Source of the DNA: Phyllobates terribilis
Taxonomy: Eukaryota
Length of the DNA stretch: 64,000 nt
Assembly (NCBI RefSeq): GCF_046119375.1
Contig: NW_027362764.1
Location: 293,074,001 to 293,138,000, forward strand
Direction: 5' to 3'
Positions 1 to 9,392 of this stretch are shown piece after piece (within the stretch, counting starts at the first letter, position 1; every line of letters begins with the position of its first letter). The notes beneath the pieces are model-generated. The model did no database searches. It was not told the origin of the DNA and saw only the letters and a list, made by a program, of their open reading frames with translations. Both the position numbers and the translations under genes were made by a program.

Positions 1-34
1 TCTATAGGTCTCCGTACAGACTAGCTTAGGACTT

Positions 35-1028
35 TAAATACAAGCAGGTGTAGTACTATAAGAACTTAAAACTTAACGTTTATTACCATTAGATAAAATA
101 TGTGCAAAATGCAAGGACCTAAAAACACACAGTTTGACTGTCTGTGATATAGAATAGCCAAAAGAACTTCCATATATTGTTGCTTCCAGAGATCTAAATA
201 TATGTCATATAAGCATATTGTATCTCTAACACAAACCAAGGAAAAAATGGCAATAAGAAATAGTGGAGCCCACGGTACACTATATCAACTTATTGTACCC
301 CAAAATGTGAGAACATGAAAACACTCGCCCTGAGATATGGGAACATGAAAACACTCGCCCTACCAGTGGTGACCATTTAACTTTGTTATGTATAGAAATG
401 GAACATCCTCACCAATTTTGATATCTGTTCTTGCTCTCAGACTTCAGAGGGGGCTCCATATAATGGAGGTGAACCGAAACTCATGAGGTCACCAGCCAAA
501 TACCGCTCCCTAGATGCCGCTCCCGACGCGTTTCTTAGCCTTAGCTATTCATCAGGGGAAAAGGGAAGAGGACATGCGGTATGCACGCTGCCCAAAATCA
601 CGCAGCTCATTCAACAGACAGCGCTACTTAACGTTCTAATAGATCCTCTTTTAAATCCTGGTCGCGCTCTGTTCATAATCGTGTCACTTCCGGTTCCGGT
701 CACCTGACATCCGGTATGTGGAACGCAGATGCCGGCCGTGACACGCAAGCGTCACTTCCGGTGTGCGTGTCATAGACATGATGAAATCGCACACAACGGA
801 GCGACGGCCAGGGGGGACGCAGGATCGCCAATTGACATCCTACGTTGGATGGCACCATGGAAACCTCCCATCCATAAATACCCCAAGCCGGGGCAGGTGT
901 CCAGAGCATATAGTAGCTGACACTCATCCAGGCACATACCATATGTACCGCGGTATATATAACCGCGTCCATTCTGCCCCAGTGGTAAAAGAGCTGAAAA
1001 TACTTCATAGGTCCAGAACCGCACAGTG
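35..1028 (-). repeat. Inverted copy of the PLE pseudo-LTR (left arm)
   Basis: Reverse complement of 3672-4665; only about three mismatches seen by eye. Confidence 0.97.
521..559 (-). ncRNA. Minimal type I hammerhead ribozyme (copy in the inverted arm)
   Basis: Reverse complement of 4141-4179. Confidence 0.85.
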
Positions 1029-2573
1029 GAGGTCTTGAATAGGGGTCTGACTTTTGTACCGACAACAGATTATAATTCTTTTGAGGTCATAAAGGACGTA
1101 AATTTGTTTGTGCGCAAGTTGAAGTGGCGCAAGCACTACATTAAGATTGATAAACAGGCATGCGCGGAATTGGGGGTTCGTGAAGAACTCCTACCTGACA
1201 TTAGAACCCTTTTTCACCTCGGTGATGTTGATCCTAACCTTGAGGGTAATGGTCCATTCACCAATCTGAAACTGAAGAGTACCAAAATGCCACCTCCACA
1301 GAGTGATTTGAGTCCCATTGATGTATTCCTGAACATGGTGACTAAAGACTTGAGGGACCTGGAAAATGATTCCAGACGTTTTAGACACAATTTCACTCGT
1401 TGTGAGATGCAGGCATTGAGGTCCCTAGAAAATGATGAACAGATCACCATAAAACCTTCAGATAAAGGGGGTAACGTGGTGATCATGGATACCAGTGAGT
1501 ACTATTTGATGTGCAGTGTAATACTAAATGCTAAGGAGTGTTATAGCACATTAAAGGCGGACCCCACGAGGAGATTCTCTCAAGAATTAGAGGAATTGGC
1601 AAATGAGGCTATGAGGGATGGGATCTTAAATAAACAGGAGAGAGATTTTATCTGTCCAACCCATCCAGTTATGTCCACCTTCTATAGTCTTCCAAAGGTA
1701 CATAAGGGCCTGAACCCACTGAAGGGACGACCCATAATATCGGGAATAAACAATCTAACCCAAAATCTGGGAATATATTTGGAGAAGGTACTTAAACCCT
1801 TTGTCTTAAGCTTGAACTCATTTATCGGTGACACCAATGACCTGCTTCGCAAACTAGAAGGTATGACAGTTGATAAAGACGTGACTCTAGCCAGCATCGA
1901 TGTCGAGTCACTATACTCCTCAATACCCCATGATAGGGGTCTGGAGGCGATACGCTTTTTCCTTATGGGGAGAGGCAAACAATTTGAGCGACACAATCAC
2001 TTCGTGATGAAGGCCCTTCAGTTCTGCTTGACAAAAAATGTGTTCCTCTTCGGTGGGAAGTACTTCCACCAACTCAGGGGTACTGCGATGGGGAGCCCTT
2101 GTGCCCCATCGTATGCCAATTTGTACCTGGGTTGGTGGGAGGAAACCGTGGTGTTTGGAGACATCCCCATTGTAGGTGGTGAAAATATTTTGCTATGGGT
2201 TCGATATATTGACGACGTCCTAGTTCTGTGGAAAGGGGATAAAACATCCTTTGGTAACCTCGTGGAAAGGCTTAATCACAATGACCTTAACCTGCATTTC
2301 ACTTTTGAGTTTGACCCCCATGAGTTGCCCTTCCTGGACATTTTGATACGGATAGGGAAGGATGGAGAGATAGAGACCAGTACATATAGGAAAACAACCG
2401 CCTCAAATTCTCTCCTCAGGTGGGAAAGCAACCATCCAGTCCCGCTTAAGAGGGGCATACCGAAGGGGCAATTCATGAGGGTCCGGAGGAACTGTTCGGA
2501 CGATGCCATTTTAGAGCCCAGGCCATCGATCTTTGTCAAAGATTCTATGAGAGGGGTTATCCAAAGAAGGTGA
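1026..2573 (+). CDS. PLE reverse transcriptase; 5'-truncated at the inversion junction and frameshifted near 2509-2512
   Basis: Motifs LNRGLTFVPT, KPSDKGGNVV, PKVHK...GRPIISG, DVESLY, GTAMGS, YIDD, LPFLDI, TYRK. Adding one T to the T4 run gives DAIFRAQAIDLCQRFYERGYP, in frame with the next ORF. Confidence 0.92.
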   Translation: MEVLNRGLTFVPTTDYNSFEVIKDVNLFVRKLKWRKHYIKIDKQACAELGVREELLPDIRTLFHLGDVDPNLEGNGPFTNLKLKSTKMPPPQSDLSPIDVFLNMVTKDLRDLENDSRRFRHNFTRCEMQALRSLENDEQITIKPSDKGGNVVIMDTSEYYLMCSVILNAKECYSTLKADPTRRFSQELEELANEAMRDGILNKQERDFICPTHPVMSTFYSLPKVHKGLNPLKGRPIISGINNLTQNLGIYLEKVLKPFVLSLNSFIGDTNDLLRKLEGMTVDKDVTLASIDVESLYSSIPHDRGLEAIRFFLMGRGKQFERHNHFVMKALQFCLTKNVFLFGGKYFHQLRGTAMGSPCAPSYANLYLGWWEETVVFGDIPIVGGENILLWVRYIDDVLVLWKGDKTSFGNLVERLNHNDLNLHFTFEFDPHELPFLDILIRIGKDGEIETSTYRKTTASNSLLRWESNHPVPLKRGIPKGQFMRVRRNCSDDAILEPRPSIFVKDSMRGVIQRR

Positions 2574-3316
2574 TAGCCGAGGCCTATGGGGGGACTCTGG
2601 CCAGGGACCGCTCCTCCTTGTTACACCCATCCCCAAATTTGGATAAGGACAACACTTTCTGCAGACTCATCACTACTGTCACCAATCAGTCATATACAGT
2701 CCGTAGGATACTACAAAAACATTGGCCGATTTTACTAATGGACGAGGATATTGGTGACGTGGTCGATTCAAGACCTATGATTACCTATAAAAAGGGTAGA
2801 TCCCTTAGGGACAGATTGGTCCACAGTCACTATATGGGCCATATGGGGAACAAAAGGTTGAAAAGTTCCATAATCGGCTTTTTTAGATGCAGTGGATGCG
2901 TATCATGTAAAGTTATCACGCAAGGGAAAGACTTCATAAGTAATGTCACTGGAAAAACATTTGTTGTCAAACATTTCATTAACTGTAGATCCAAGGGAAT
3001 TATCTACATGGCTAAATGTGTCTGCGGAATGGAATATGTGGGGAAAACAAGGAGAGAATTGAGAAGAAGAGTAGGGGAGCACCAAAGGGATATTGTCCTG
3101 AAAAGAGATACCCCCCTGGCGAAACATGTGAACAACGTACACCCGAACAGTAGGGATATAATACGTTTCATGGGAATTGACAAAGTTACGGCCCCACCAA
3201 GAGGGGGCGACTGGGACAAACTGATCCTGCAAAGAGAGACGAAGTGGATCTTTAGACTGCGGACAATGGCTCCCTACGGCCTTAATGAGCAGCTGTCCTA
3301 CAGGCCATTCCTATAA
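2570..3316 (+). CDS. C-terminal part of the PLE protein: Cys-rich linker plus GIY-YIG endonuclease
   Basis: CSGCVSC linker, GIIYMAKCVCGMEYVGKT, RRVGEH, LQRETKWI, PYGLN. Confidence 0.92.
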   Translation: MIAEAYGGTLARDRSSLLHPSPNLDKDNTFCRLITTVTNQSYTVRRILQKHWPILLMDEDIGDVVDSRPMITYKKGRSLRDRLVHSHYMGHMGNKRLKSSIIGFFRCSGCVSCKVITQGKDFISNVTGKTFVVKHFINCRSKGIIYMAKCVCGMEYVGKTRRELRRRVGEHQRDIVLKRDTPLAKHVNNVHPNSRDIIRFMGIDKVTAPPRGGDWDKLILQRETKWIFRLRTMAPYGLNEQLSYRPFL

Positions 3317-3938
3317 TGTAGGGTGAATTAGGGAGAGGAGTGTAGGGACAGCCGTCGAGGAGTGGGGGCGCCACTTGCGCAGGTTCATAGGGTGCCAACC
3401 TCCACTGTCAGGTAGGGATATTACTCTAGCTGCTTAATAGGGCTTTTATAGGTCCCTTTGCCCCCCACATGAATCTCTCTAGCTCTCCATTCTTGTGAGG
3501 CGCGGTCCCTGCCCATTTTCCCTTATGCTCCCTCGCATTTCTTCATACCCCCCTTCCTTTCATATTTTTGTTTTTGTCACATATCCATATTTTCATTTTC
3601 ACCTTTACATTTTTATCATCATAATTCTTTATTTGGGTCTCAAGTGCGCTCTAGGGGCCGGGCCATAGCTTCACTGTGCGGTTCTGGACCTATGAAGTAT
3701 TTTCAGCTCTTTTACCACTGGGGCAGAATGGACGCGGTTATATATACCGCGGTACATATGGTATGTGCCTGGATGAGTGTCAGCTACTATATGCTCTGGA
3801 CACCTGCCCCGGCTTGGGGTATTTATGGATGGGAGGTTTCCATGGTGCCATCCAACGTAGGATGTCAATTGGCGATCCTGCGTCCCCCCTGGCCGTCGCT
3901 CCGTTGTGTGCGATTTCATCATGTCTATGACGCGCACA

Positions 3939-4052
3939 CCGGAAGTGACGCTTGCGTGTCACGGCCGGCATCTGCGTTCCACATACCGGATGTCAGGTGA
4001 CCGGAACCGGAAGTGACACGATTATGAACAGAGCGCGACCAGGATTTAAAAG
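3939..4052 (+). promoter_or_regulatory. Putative Pol II promoter in the pLTR
   Basis: ETS-type sites CCGGAAGT (3939, 4007) and CCGGATGT (3986), and TATA-like ATTTAAAAG (4044), about 90 bp upstream of the hammerhead. Motif-based only. Confidence 0.5.
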
Positions 4053-4140
4053 AGGATCTATTAGAACGTTAAGTAGCGCTGTCTGTTGAATGAGCTGCGT
4101 GATTTTGGGCAGCGTGCATACCGCATGTCCTCTTCCCTTT

Positions 4141-4179
4141 TCCCCTGATGAATAGCTAAGGCTAAGAAACGCGTCGGGA
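4141..4179 (+). ncRNA. Minimal type I hammerhead ribozyme
   Basis: TCCC-CTGATGA-aTAGCtaagGCTAa-GAAAC-GC-GTC-GGGA: intact core, stem I TCCC/GGGA, stem II TAGC/GCTA, palindromic ACGCGT stem III. Predicted cut after C4175. Confidence 0.87.
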
Positions 4180-4890
4180 GCGGCATCTAGGGAGCGGTAT
4201 TTGGCTGGTGACCTCATGAGTTTCGGTTCACCTCCATTATATGGAGCCCCCTCTGAAGTCTGAGAGCAGGAACAGATATCAAAATTGGTGAGGATGTTCC
4301 ATTTCTATACATAACAAAGTTAAATAGTCACCACTGGTAGGGCGAGTGTTTTCATGTTCCCATATCTCAGGGCGAGTGTTTTCATGTTCTCACATTTTGG
4401 GGTACAATAAGTTGATATAGTGTACCGTGGGCTCCACTATTTCTTATTGCCATTTTTTCCTTGGTTTGTGTTAGAGATACAATATGCTTATATGACATAT
4501 ATTTAGATCTCTGGAAGCAACAATATATGGAAGTTCTTTTGGCTATTCTATATCACAGACAGTCAAACTGTGTGTTTTTAGGTCCTTGCATTTTGCACAT
4601 ATTTTATCTAATGGTAATAAACGTTAAGTTTTAAGTTCTTATAGTACTACACCTGCTTGTATTTATATTTACTTTTGTGTAGTTATTTCTACAATCCCCG
4701 TTGCTGCATATTGATTTAGCTTAGGACTTTAGCAGGTCTGATCGCAGGATCAGGTCCCCTGTTACATCGTAGGGATTAAGCTGAATTCTATCGTAGGGAC
4801 AGATCTCCTCTCTTTCCTTAGCTCTGGTAGCAGAACATAACAGTAAGTCCAGCCAGCAAATTCTCTAAGGAAAGATTTTTCTGTTCCATC

Positions 4891-7800
4891 ATGGTGTCGG
4901 TTCAGGATTTGGTTCATCGCCTGCAGGGACTCTCTCTGGAGGTGGCCGAGCTCCGTCAGCACGTGAGTAACTGTCCTGGAGCACATTTCTTAGAGCCTAA
5001 GGTATGTTTGCCGGATTTATTTTTTGGTGAACACCGAGAATTTTTTTCATTTAAAAATGCTTGCTTATTGTATTTTCGTTTGAAACCTAAGTCCTCTGGG
5101 GATGAATCCCAGCGCGTAGGGTTCATAATGTCACTTTTGCGCAAAGAGCCTCAGGAGTGGGCCTTTTCTTTGCAACCTAGTGATACATGCTTCAGATCAG
5201 TGGATAGTTTTTTTTCTGCTTTGGGACTATTATATGATGATCCTGACCGTGTCGCATCAGCTGAGACTGAGTTGAGACGTTTAAAACAGGGATCAGGTAA
5301 TGTGGAAAAATATTGTACTCATTTCCGTCGTTGGTCTACTCAAACAGGGTGGAACGATTCTGCTCTGAAAAGTCTATTTCTTGCTGGGCTCAGTGAAAGG
5401 GTTAAAGACCTGCTAATTGCTTATCCTACACCTGAAGATTTGCAACAGGCTATGCAATTAGCTATACGGGTGGATAGAAGACTGCGTGCAAGGGTTAATG
5501 AGAGCAAATCCTCTGCTATGTCAGTTTCTGGTTATGAGAATGTGTGTACTAACAGTGGTGAACCGATGGAGATTGGATCGGTGGCACCTCGCTCTCAAGA
5601 AAAAGACCGTCGATTTTCTGAAGGCTTGTGTTTCTATTGCGGAAAATCTGGTCATTTGATTAAAGGCTGTGAGCTTCGTATGAAGAAAGAAAAAAATATG
5701 GTCAGTCACGCCCGTATTGCCTGTTTAAATTCCAAGGGTATATTTTTAGCTGCTTCCACGATTGCTCAGAAAAAATTAATGGAATTTCGGGTGTTTGTTG
5801 ATTGCGGGTCTACTCTGAATGTAATTGATGGGGGATTTGTGGAAAGACTCAATTTAAAACCTGAACCTTTATCATCCCCCATTGCTGTGGTTTCTGTGGA
5901 TGGTTCCCCTTTGAAGAATATTACTCTCAAGGTCTGTGAATTTCCTCTCACTATTAATGGTGTTCAAAATGAGAAATTGGATTTGGTAGTGTTGAATAAC
6001 TTGCCTTCTCCAGTAATATTGGGATTGCCCTGGTTAAAATTTCACAATCCTGTACTGGATTGGTCTACCAGTGAAATTAAATCCTGGAGCCATAAATGTT
6101 ATGACAAGTGTTGTAACGGGCGTATTGCAGCTTTGGATAGGGGAGAATTGCCTGTTCCTATTCAGGATTTTTGGAGAGTTTTTTCTGAGAAGGAATCGCA
6201 GGTTTTGCCTCCCCATAGAGACTATGATTGTTCTGTTGAATTTGTCCCTGGAGCGACTCTTCCTAAAAGTCGTTTATTTAACCTTACTATTCCTGAGAGG
6301 AAGGCTTTGGAGGAATACATACAGACAAGTTTGGCCGCCGGTCACATTAGGCCCTCTAAGTCTCCTGTGGCGGTTGGATTTTTTTTTGTAAAAAAAAAGG
6401 ACGGCGGTTTACGTCCTTGTCTGGATTTTCGTGAGATTAACAAAATTACTGTACGCAATCCTTACCCACTGCCATTGATTCCTGATCTGTTTAACCAGTT
6501 AATGGGGGCCAAGTGGTTCTCTAAAATTGACCTTAAGGGGGCATACAATCTGTTGCGCATGAAGGAGGGTGACGAATGGAAGACTGCTTTTAACACTCCT
6601 GTGGGTCATTTTGAGAATCTGGTTATGCCTTTTGGTCTTACTAATGCTCCTGCATTTTTTCAGAATCTGATTAATGACATCCTTAGACCTTTGATCGGCA
6701 AAAATGTGGTTGTGTATTTGGATGACATTTTGATTTATTCGCCGGATCTGGAGTCTCATTGGCGGAGCGTGCGTGAGGTATTACAGTTATTAATGGACAA
6801 TTCGCTTTTTGCTAAGCTGGAGAAATGTGAGTTCGCTGTACAGAGAATTAGTTTTTTGGGCTACATTATCTCCAGCAAAGGTTTTGAGATGGATCCGGTT
6901 AAGGTTCAGGCTGTGCAGGAATGGCCTAGGCCTATTGGTTTGAAATCGATACAGAGGTTTTTGGGTTTCGCCAATTACTACAGAAAATTCATAAAAAAAT
7001 TTTCTAGTATTGTCAAACCTCTGACTGATCTCACCAGGAAAGGTGCTGATGCGGTTCAGTGGTCTTCTGAGGCCATTGAAGCTTTTGTGTATCTCAAGGA
7101 GAGGTTCACCTCTGCTCCCATCCTTATGCAGCCTGATGTTACTAGGCCGTTTTTGGTTGAGGTTGATGCTTCCTCTGTGGGGGTTGGCGCAGTATTGTCT
7201 CAGGATAACGGGGATGGATTACATCCCTGTGCCTTTTTTTCAAAAATTTTTTCGGAGACTGAACTGAATTACGATATTGGTAATCGGGAATTATTGGCTA
7301 TTAAACTCGCATTTGAACACTGGCGCCACTTCTTGGAAGGTGCGGAATTTCCCGTTCAGGTTCTTACGGATCATAAAAATCTGATATATCTTGATGCTGC
7401 CAAGCGCCTGAATGCCCGTCAGGCTAGGTGGGCACTGTTTTTCTCGCGGTTTAATTTCTCCGTTACTTACATCCCTGGTACTAAGAATGTTAAGGCGGAT
7501 GCCTTGTCTCGCAGTTTTTCTCCCATAGTCGGTGCTGAGAAAGAGGAGAACATTTTACAAGAAGGTGTTGTGATAGCTGCTTTGGACTCCGTTTTGGAAA
7601 ATGAGATTCTTAAAGCACAGGAGAATGCCCCTTCTAACACTCCTCATGGGAGGTTGTTTGTGCCTGGGACCTTTAGGAGAGATTTGTTTGTTGAGTGTCA
7701 CGAATCTCGGTTGGCAGGTCATCCCGGAATCTCTGAGACCAAGAGACTGGTGGGTCGCAGTTTTTGGTGGCCTGGATGGCAGAAGGAAGTCATTAAGTGG

Positions 7801-8958
7801 GTGCGTCAATGTACTATATGTGCTAGATCTAAGTCCTCACATACTCCTGCTGCGGGGTTGCTTTGTCCTTTGGAGGTTCCCAGTGCTCCTTGGACACATT
7901 TGCCTATGGACTTTATAACTGACCTTCCCCCCTCTGAGGGTTTTACTGTCATCTGGGTGGTCGTGGACCGTTTTAGCAAGATGTGTCACTTGGTTCCTTT
8001 CGTCAAACTGCCCTGCGCTAAAACTCTCGCTAAGGCCTTTGTCAAGGAAATTGTCAGACTTCATGGCGTTCCTACTGACATTGTTTCTGATAGGGGTCCT
8101 CAGTTCGTGGCTCGTTTTTGGCGTGCCTTTTGTGATAGGTTGGGAGTTCATTTGTCGTTCTCGTCCGGATATCATCCTGAATCTAATGGCCAGACAGAAA
8201 GGAAAAACCAGGATGTTGAGCAGTTCTTGCGTTGTTTTGTGGCAGACAATCAAGAGGGGTGGTCTGAGTTTCTGCCACTTGCTGAATTTGCTCTGAACAA
8301 TCATACATCTTCTTCTGCTGGTTGTTCGCCTTTTTTTTGTTGTTCTGGGAGACATCCGTCGTATGGGTCGTTCTCCAAGTTGGGATCTGCCGTGCCTGAG
8401 GAGGAGAATTTTTCCGGTGATTTGGAGAGAGTTTGGACGGATGTGCGTGGTAATCTTCAGGAGGCCAACAGAAAATCTAAAGACTACTTTGATAGGAAAC
8501 GACAGGAGGTTTTGTTCGCTGTTGGTGACATGGTTTGGTTGTCCTCTAGGAATCTGCGGTTGAGGATTCCTTCAAAGAAATTGGGTCCCAAGTTTGTAGG
8601 GCCCTTTAAGGTGCTTCAGGTTGTCAACCAATCTGCTGTTAGGTTGGAGGTTCCTACCTCCTGGAGAATTAATCCGGTATTTCATGTCTCTCTGTTGAAA
8701 AAAGCTGTTGTATCGGATTGTGACGCCTCTGCCTCTGTTCCTCCGGTGGTGGAGGACGGGGAATATGAAATTTCTCGCATCCTTAACTCTAGACGGTATA
8801 GAGGTAGTTTGCAGTATCTTGTGGCCTGGAAAGGTTTCGGTCCCGAGGATAACTCTTGGGTGAGGTCGGATGATGTTTCCGCGTCCAGACTTATCAGAGC
8901 GTTTCACAGGAGATTTCCTGATAAGCCTGGTCCTAGGGGATCCGGAGGATCCTCTTAG
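4891..8958 (+). CDS. gag-pol: Intact Gag-Pol polyprotein (gag, CCHC knuckle, protease, RT, RNase H, integrase, chromodomain)
   Basis: 1355 aa uninterrupted. CFYCGKSGHLIKGC, VDCGS, YLDD, DAS...GAVL, GHPG...CTIC, VSDRGPQF, NGQTER, YLVAWKGFGPEDNSW. Confidence 0.97.
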   Translation: MVSVQDLVHRLQGLSLEVAELRQHVSNCPGAHFLEPKVCLPDLFFGEHREFFSFKNACLLYFRLKPKSSGDESQRVGFIMSLLRKEPQEWAFSLQPSDTCFRSVDSFFSALGLLYDDPDRVASAETELRRLKQGSGNVEKYCTHFRRWSTQTGWNDSALKSLFLAGLSERVKDLLIAYPTPEDLQQAMQLAIRVDRRLRARVNESKSSAMSVSGYENVCTNSGEPMEIGSVAPRSQEKDRRFSEGLCFYCGKSGHLIKGCELRMKKEKNMVSHARIACLNSKGIFLAASTIAQKKLMEFRVFVDCGSTLNVIDGGFVERLNLKPEPLSSPIAVVSVDGSPLKNITLKVCEFPLTINGVQNEKLDLVVLNNLPSPVILGLPWLKFHNPVLDWSTSEIKSWSHKCYDKCCNGRIAALDRGELPVPIQDFWRVFSEKESQVLPPHRDYDCSVEFVPGATLPKSRLFNLTIPERKALEEYIQTSLAAGHIRPSKSPVAVGFFFVKKKDGGLRPCLDFREINKITVRNPYPLPLIPDLFNQLMGAKWFSKIDLKGAYNLLRMKEGDEWKTAFNTPVGHFENLVMPFGLTNAPAFFQNLINDILRPLIGKNVVVYLDDILIYSPDLESHWRSVREVLQLLMDNSLFAKLEKCEFAVQRISFLGYIISSKGFEMDPVKVQAVQEWPRPIGLKSIQRFLGFANYYRKFIKKFSSIVKPLTDLTRKGADAVQWSSEAIEAFVYLKERFTSAPILMQPDVTRPFLVEVDASSVGVGAVLSQDNGDGLHPCAFFSKIFSETELNYDIGNRELLAIKLAFEHWRHFLEGAEFPVQVLTDHKNLIYLDAAKRLNARQARWALFFSRFNFSVTYIPGTKNVKADALSRSFSPIVGAEKEENILQEGVVIAALDSVLENEILKAQENAPSNTPHGRLFVPGTFRRDLFVECHESRLAGHPGISETKRLVGRSFWWPGWQKEVIKWVRQCTICARSKSSHTPAAGLLCPLEVPSAPWTHLPMDFITDLPPSEGFTVIWVVVDRFSKMCHLVPFVKLPCAKTLAKAFVKEIVRLHGVPTDIVSDRGPQFVARFWRAFCDRLGVHLSFSSGYHPESNGQTERKNQDVEQFLRCFVADNQEGWSEFLPLAEFALNNHTSSSAGCSPFFCCSGRHPSYGSFSKLGSAVPEEENFSGDLERVWTDVRGNLQEANRKSKDYFDRKRQEVLFAVGDMVWLSSRNLRLRIPSKKLGPKFVGPFKVLQVVNQSAVRLEVPTSWRINPVFHVSLLKKAVVSDCDASASVPPVVEDGEYEISRILNSRRYRGSLQYLVAWKGFGPEDNSWVRSDDVSASRLIRAFHRRFPDKPGPRGSGGSS

Positions 8959-8970
8959 AAGGGGGGGTAC

Positions 8971-9392
8971 TGTTAGAACCTTGCTCTTAGGTTTTTTTTC
9001 CTTTGCTGGTCACATGACCTTGTTGGCCTATTTAATCCTGCTCCGCCCTTCTGGCTTTGCTGGACTTCATTGTATATCTACTTTCTAGCTAGCCTGTGCT
9101 CTGTGTCTTGCTCTGTTAGTTTGCTTGGTCTACTGACCTCTATGTTCTATTTATTTTGTTTGTTCGTCTGTCTGCTACTATTTCTGTTAGGAGGTGTCCC
9201 ATATTCCTCCCAGTCCTTAGTACTTGTAGGGATTCCTTCCCCACATCTATAGGTCTCCGTACAGACTAGCTTAGGACTTTAGCAGGTCTGATCGCAGGAT
9301 CAGGTCCCCTGTTACATCGTAGGGATTAAGCTGAGTTCTATCGTAGGGACAGATCTCCTCTCTTTCCCTAGCTCTGGTAGCAGAACATAACA
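8971..9392 (+). repeat. 3' LTR of Gypsy-1 (422 bp)
   Basis: TGTTAG...TAACA termini, preceded by the PPT; matches the split 5' LTR. Confidence 0.95.

Larger units (their letters stand above)
3672..4665 (+). repeat. PLE pseudo-LTR (right arm, sense orientation)
   Basis: Inverted partner of 35-1028. Contains the promoter-like segment, the hammerhead and a duplicated 20-mer GGGCGAGTGTTTTCATGTTC. Confidence 0.95.
37..4716 (+). mobile_element. Penelope-like element (PLE, probably Neptune-type) with inverted pLTR arms
   Basis: RT and GIY-YIG coding region. 994-bp inverted repeat 35-1028 / 3672-4665 plus a 51-bp 3' tail. TSD TAGCTTAGGACTTTA at 22-36 and 4717-4731. Confidence 0.95.
1..9392 (+). mobile_element. 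Gypsy/Ty3 chromovirus LTR retrotransposon (Gypsy-1); 5' LTR begins before the window and is split by a Penelope-like insertion
   Basis: Bases 1-36 and 4717-4842 match the 3' LTR (8971-9392, TG...CA) from 9246 onward. PPT AAGGGGGGGTAC lies just before 8971. An intact gag-pol ORF lies between the LTRs. Confidence 0.97.

Noticed and set aside
700-1065. 84-121 aa ORFs in the PLE arms (also 3644-4000)
   Set aside because: They are mirror images produced by the inverted repeat, with no recognisable domain and non-ATG or junction-dependent starts.
4245-4285. Possible second hammerhead (CTGAAGT...GGAAC) in the pLTR
   Set aside because: The core deviates at several invariant positions and stems I and III do not form.
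1-4716. Interpretation of the inverted-repeat element as a DIRS element or DNA transposon
   Set aside because: It encodes a PLE-type RT and GIY-YIG nuclease, not a tyrosine recombinase or DDE transposase, and has a long TSD and asymmetric tail.
7837-8355. Antisense ORFs over Gypsy pol genes (also 40256-40624, 45780-46508)
   Set aside because: Expected shadow ORFs opposite long coding sequences; no motifs.
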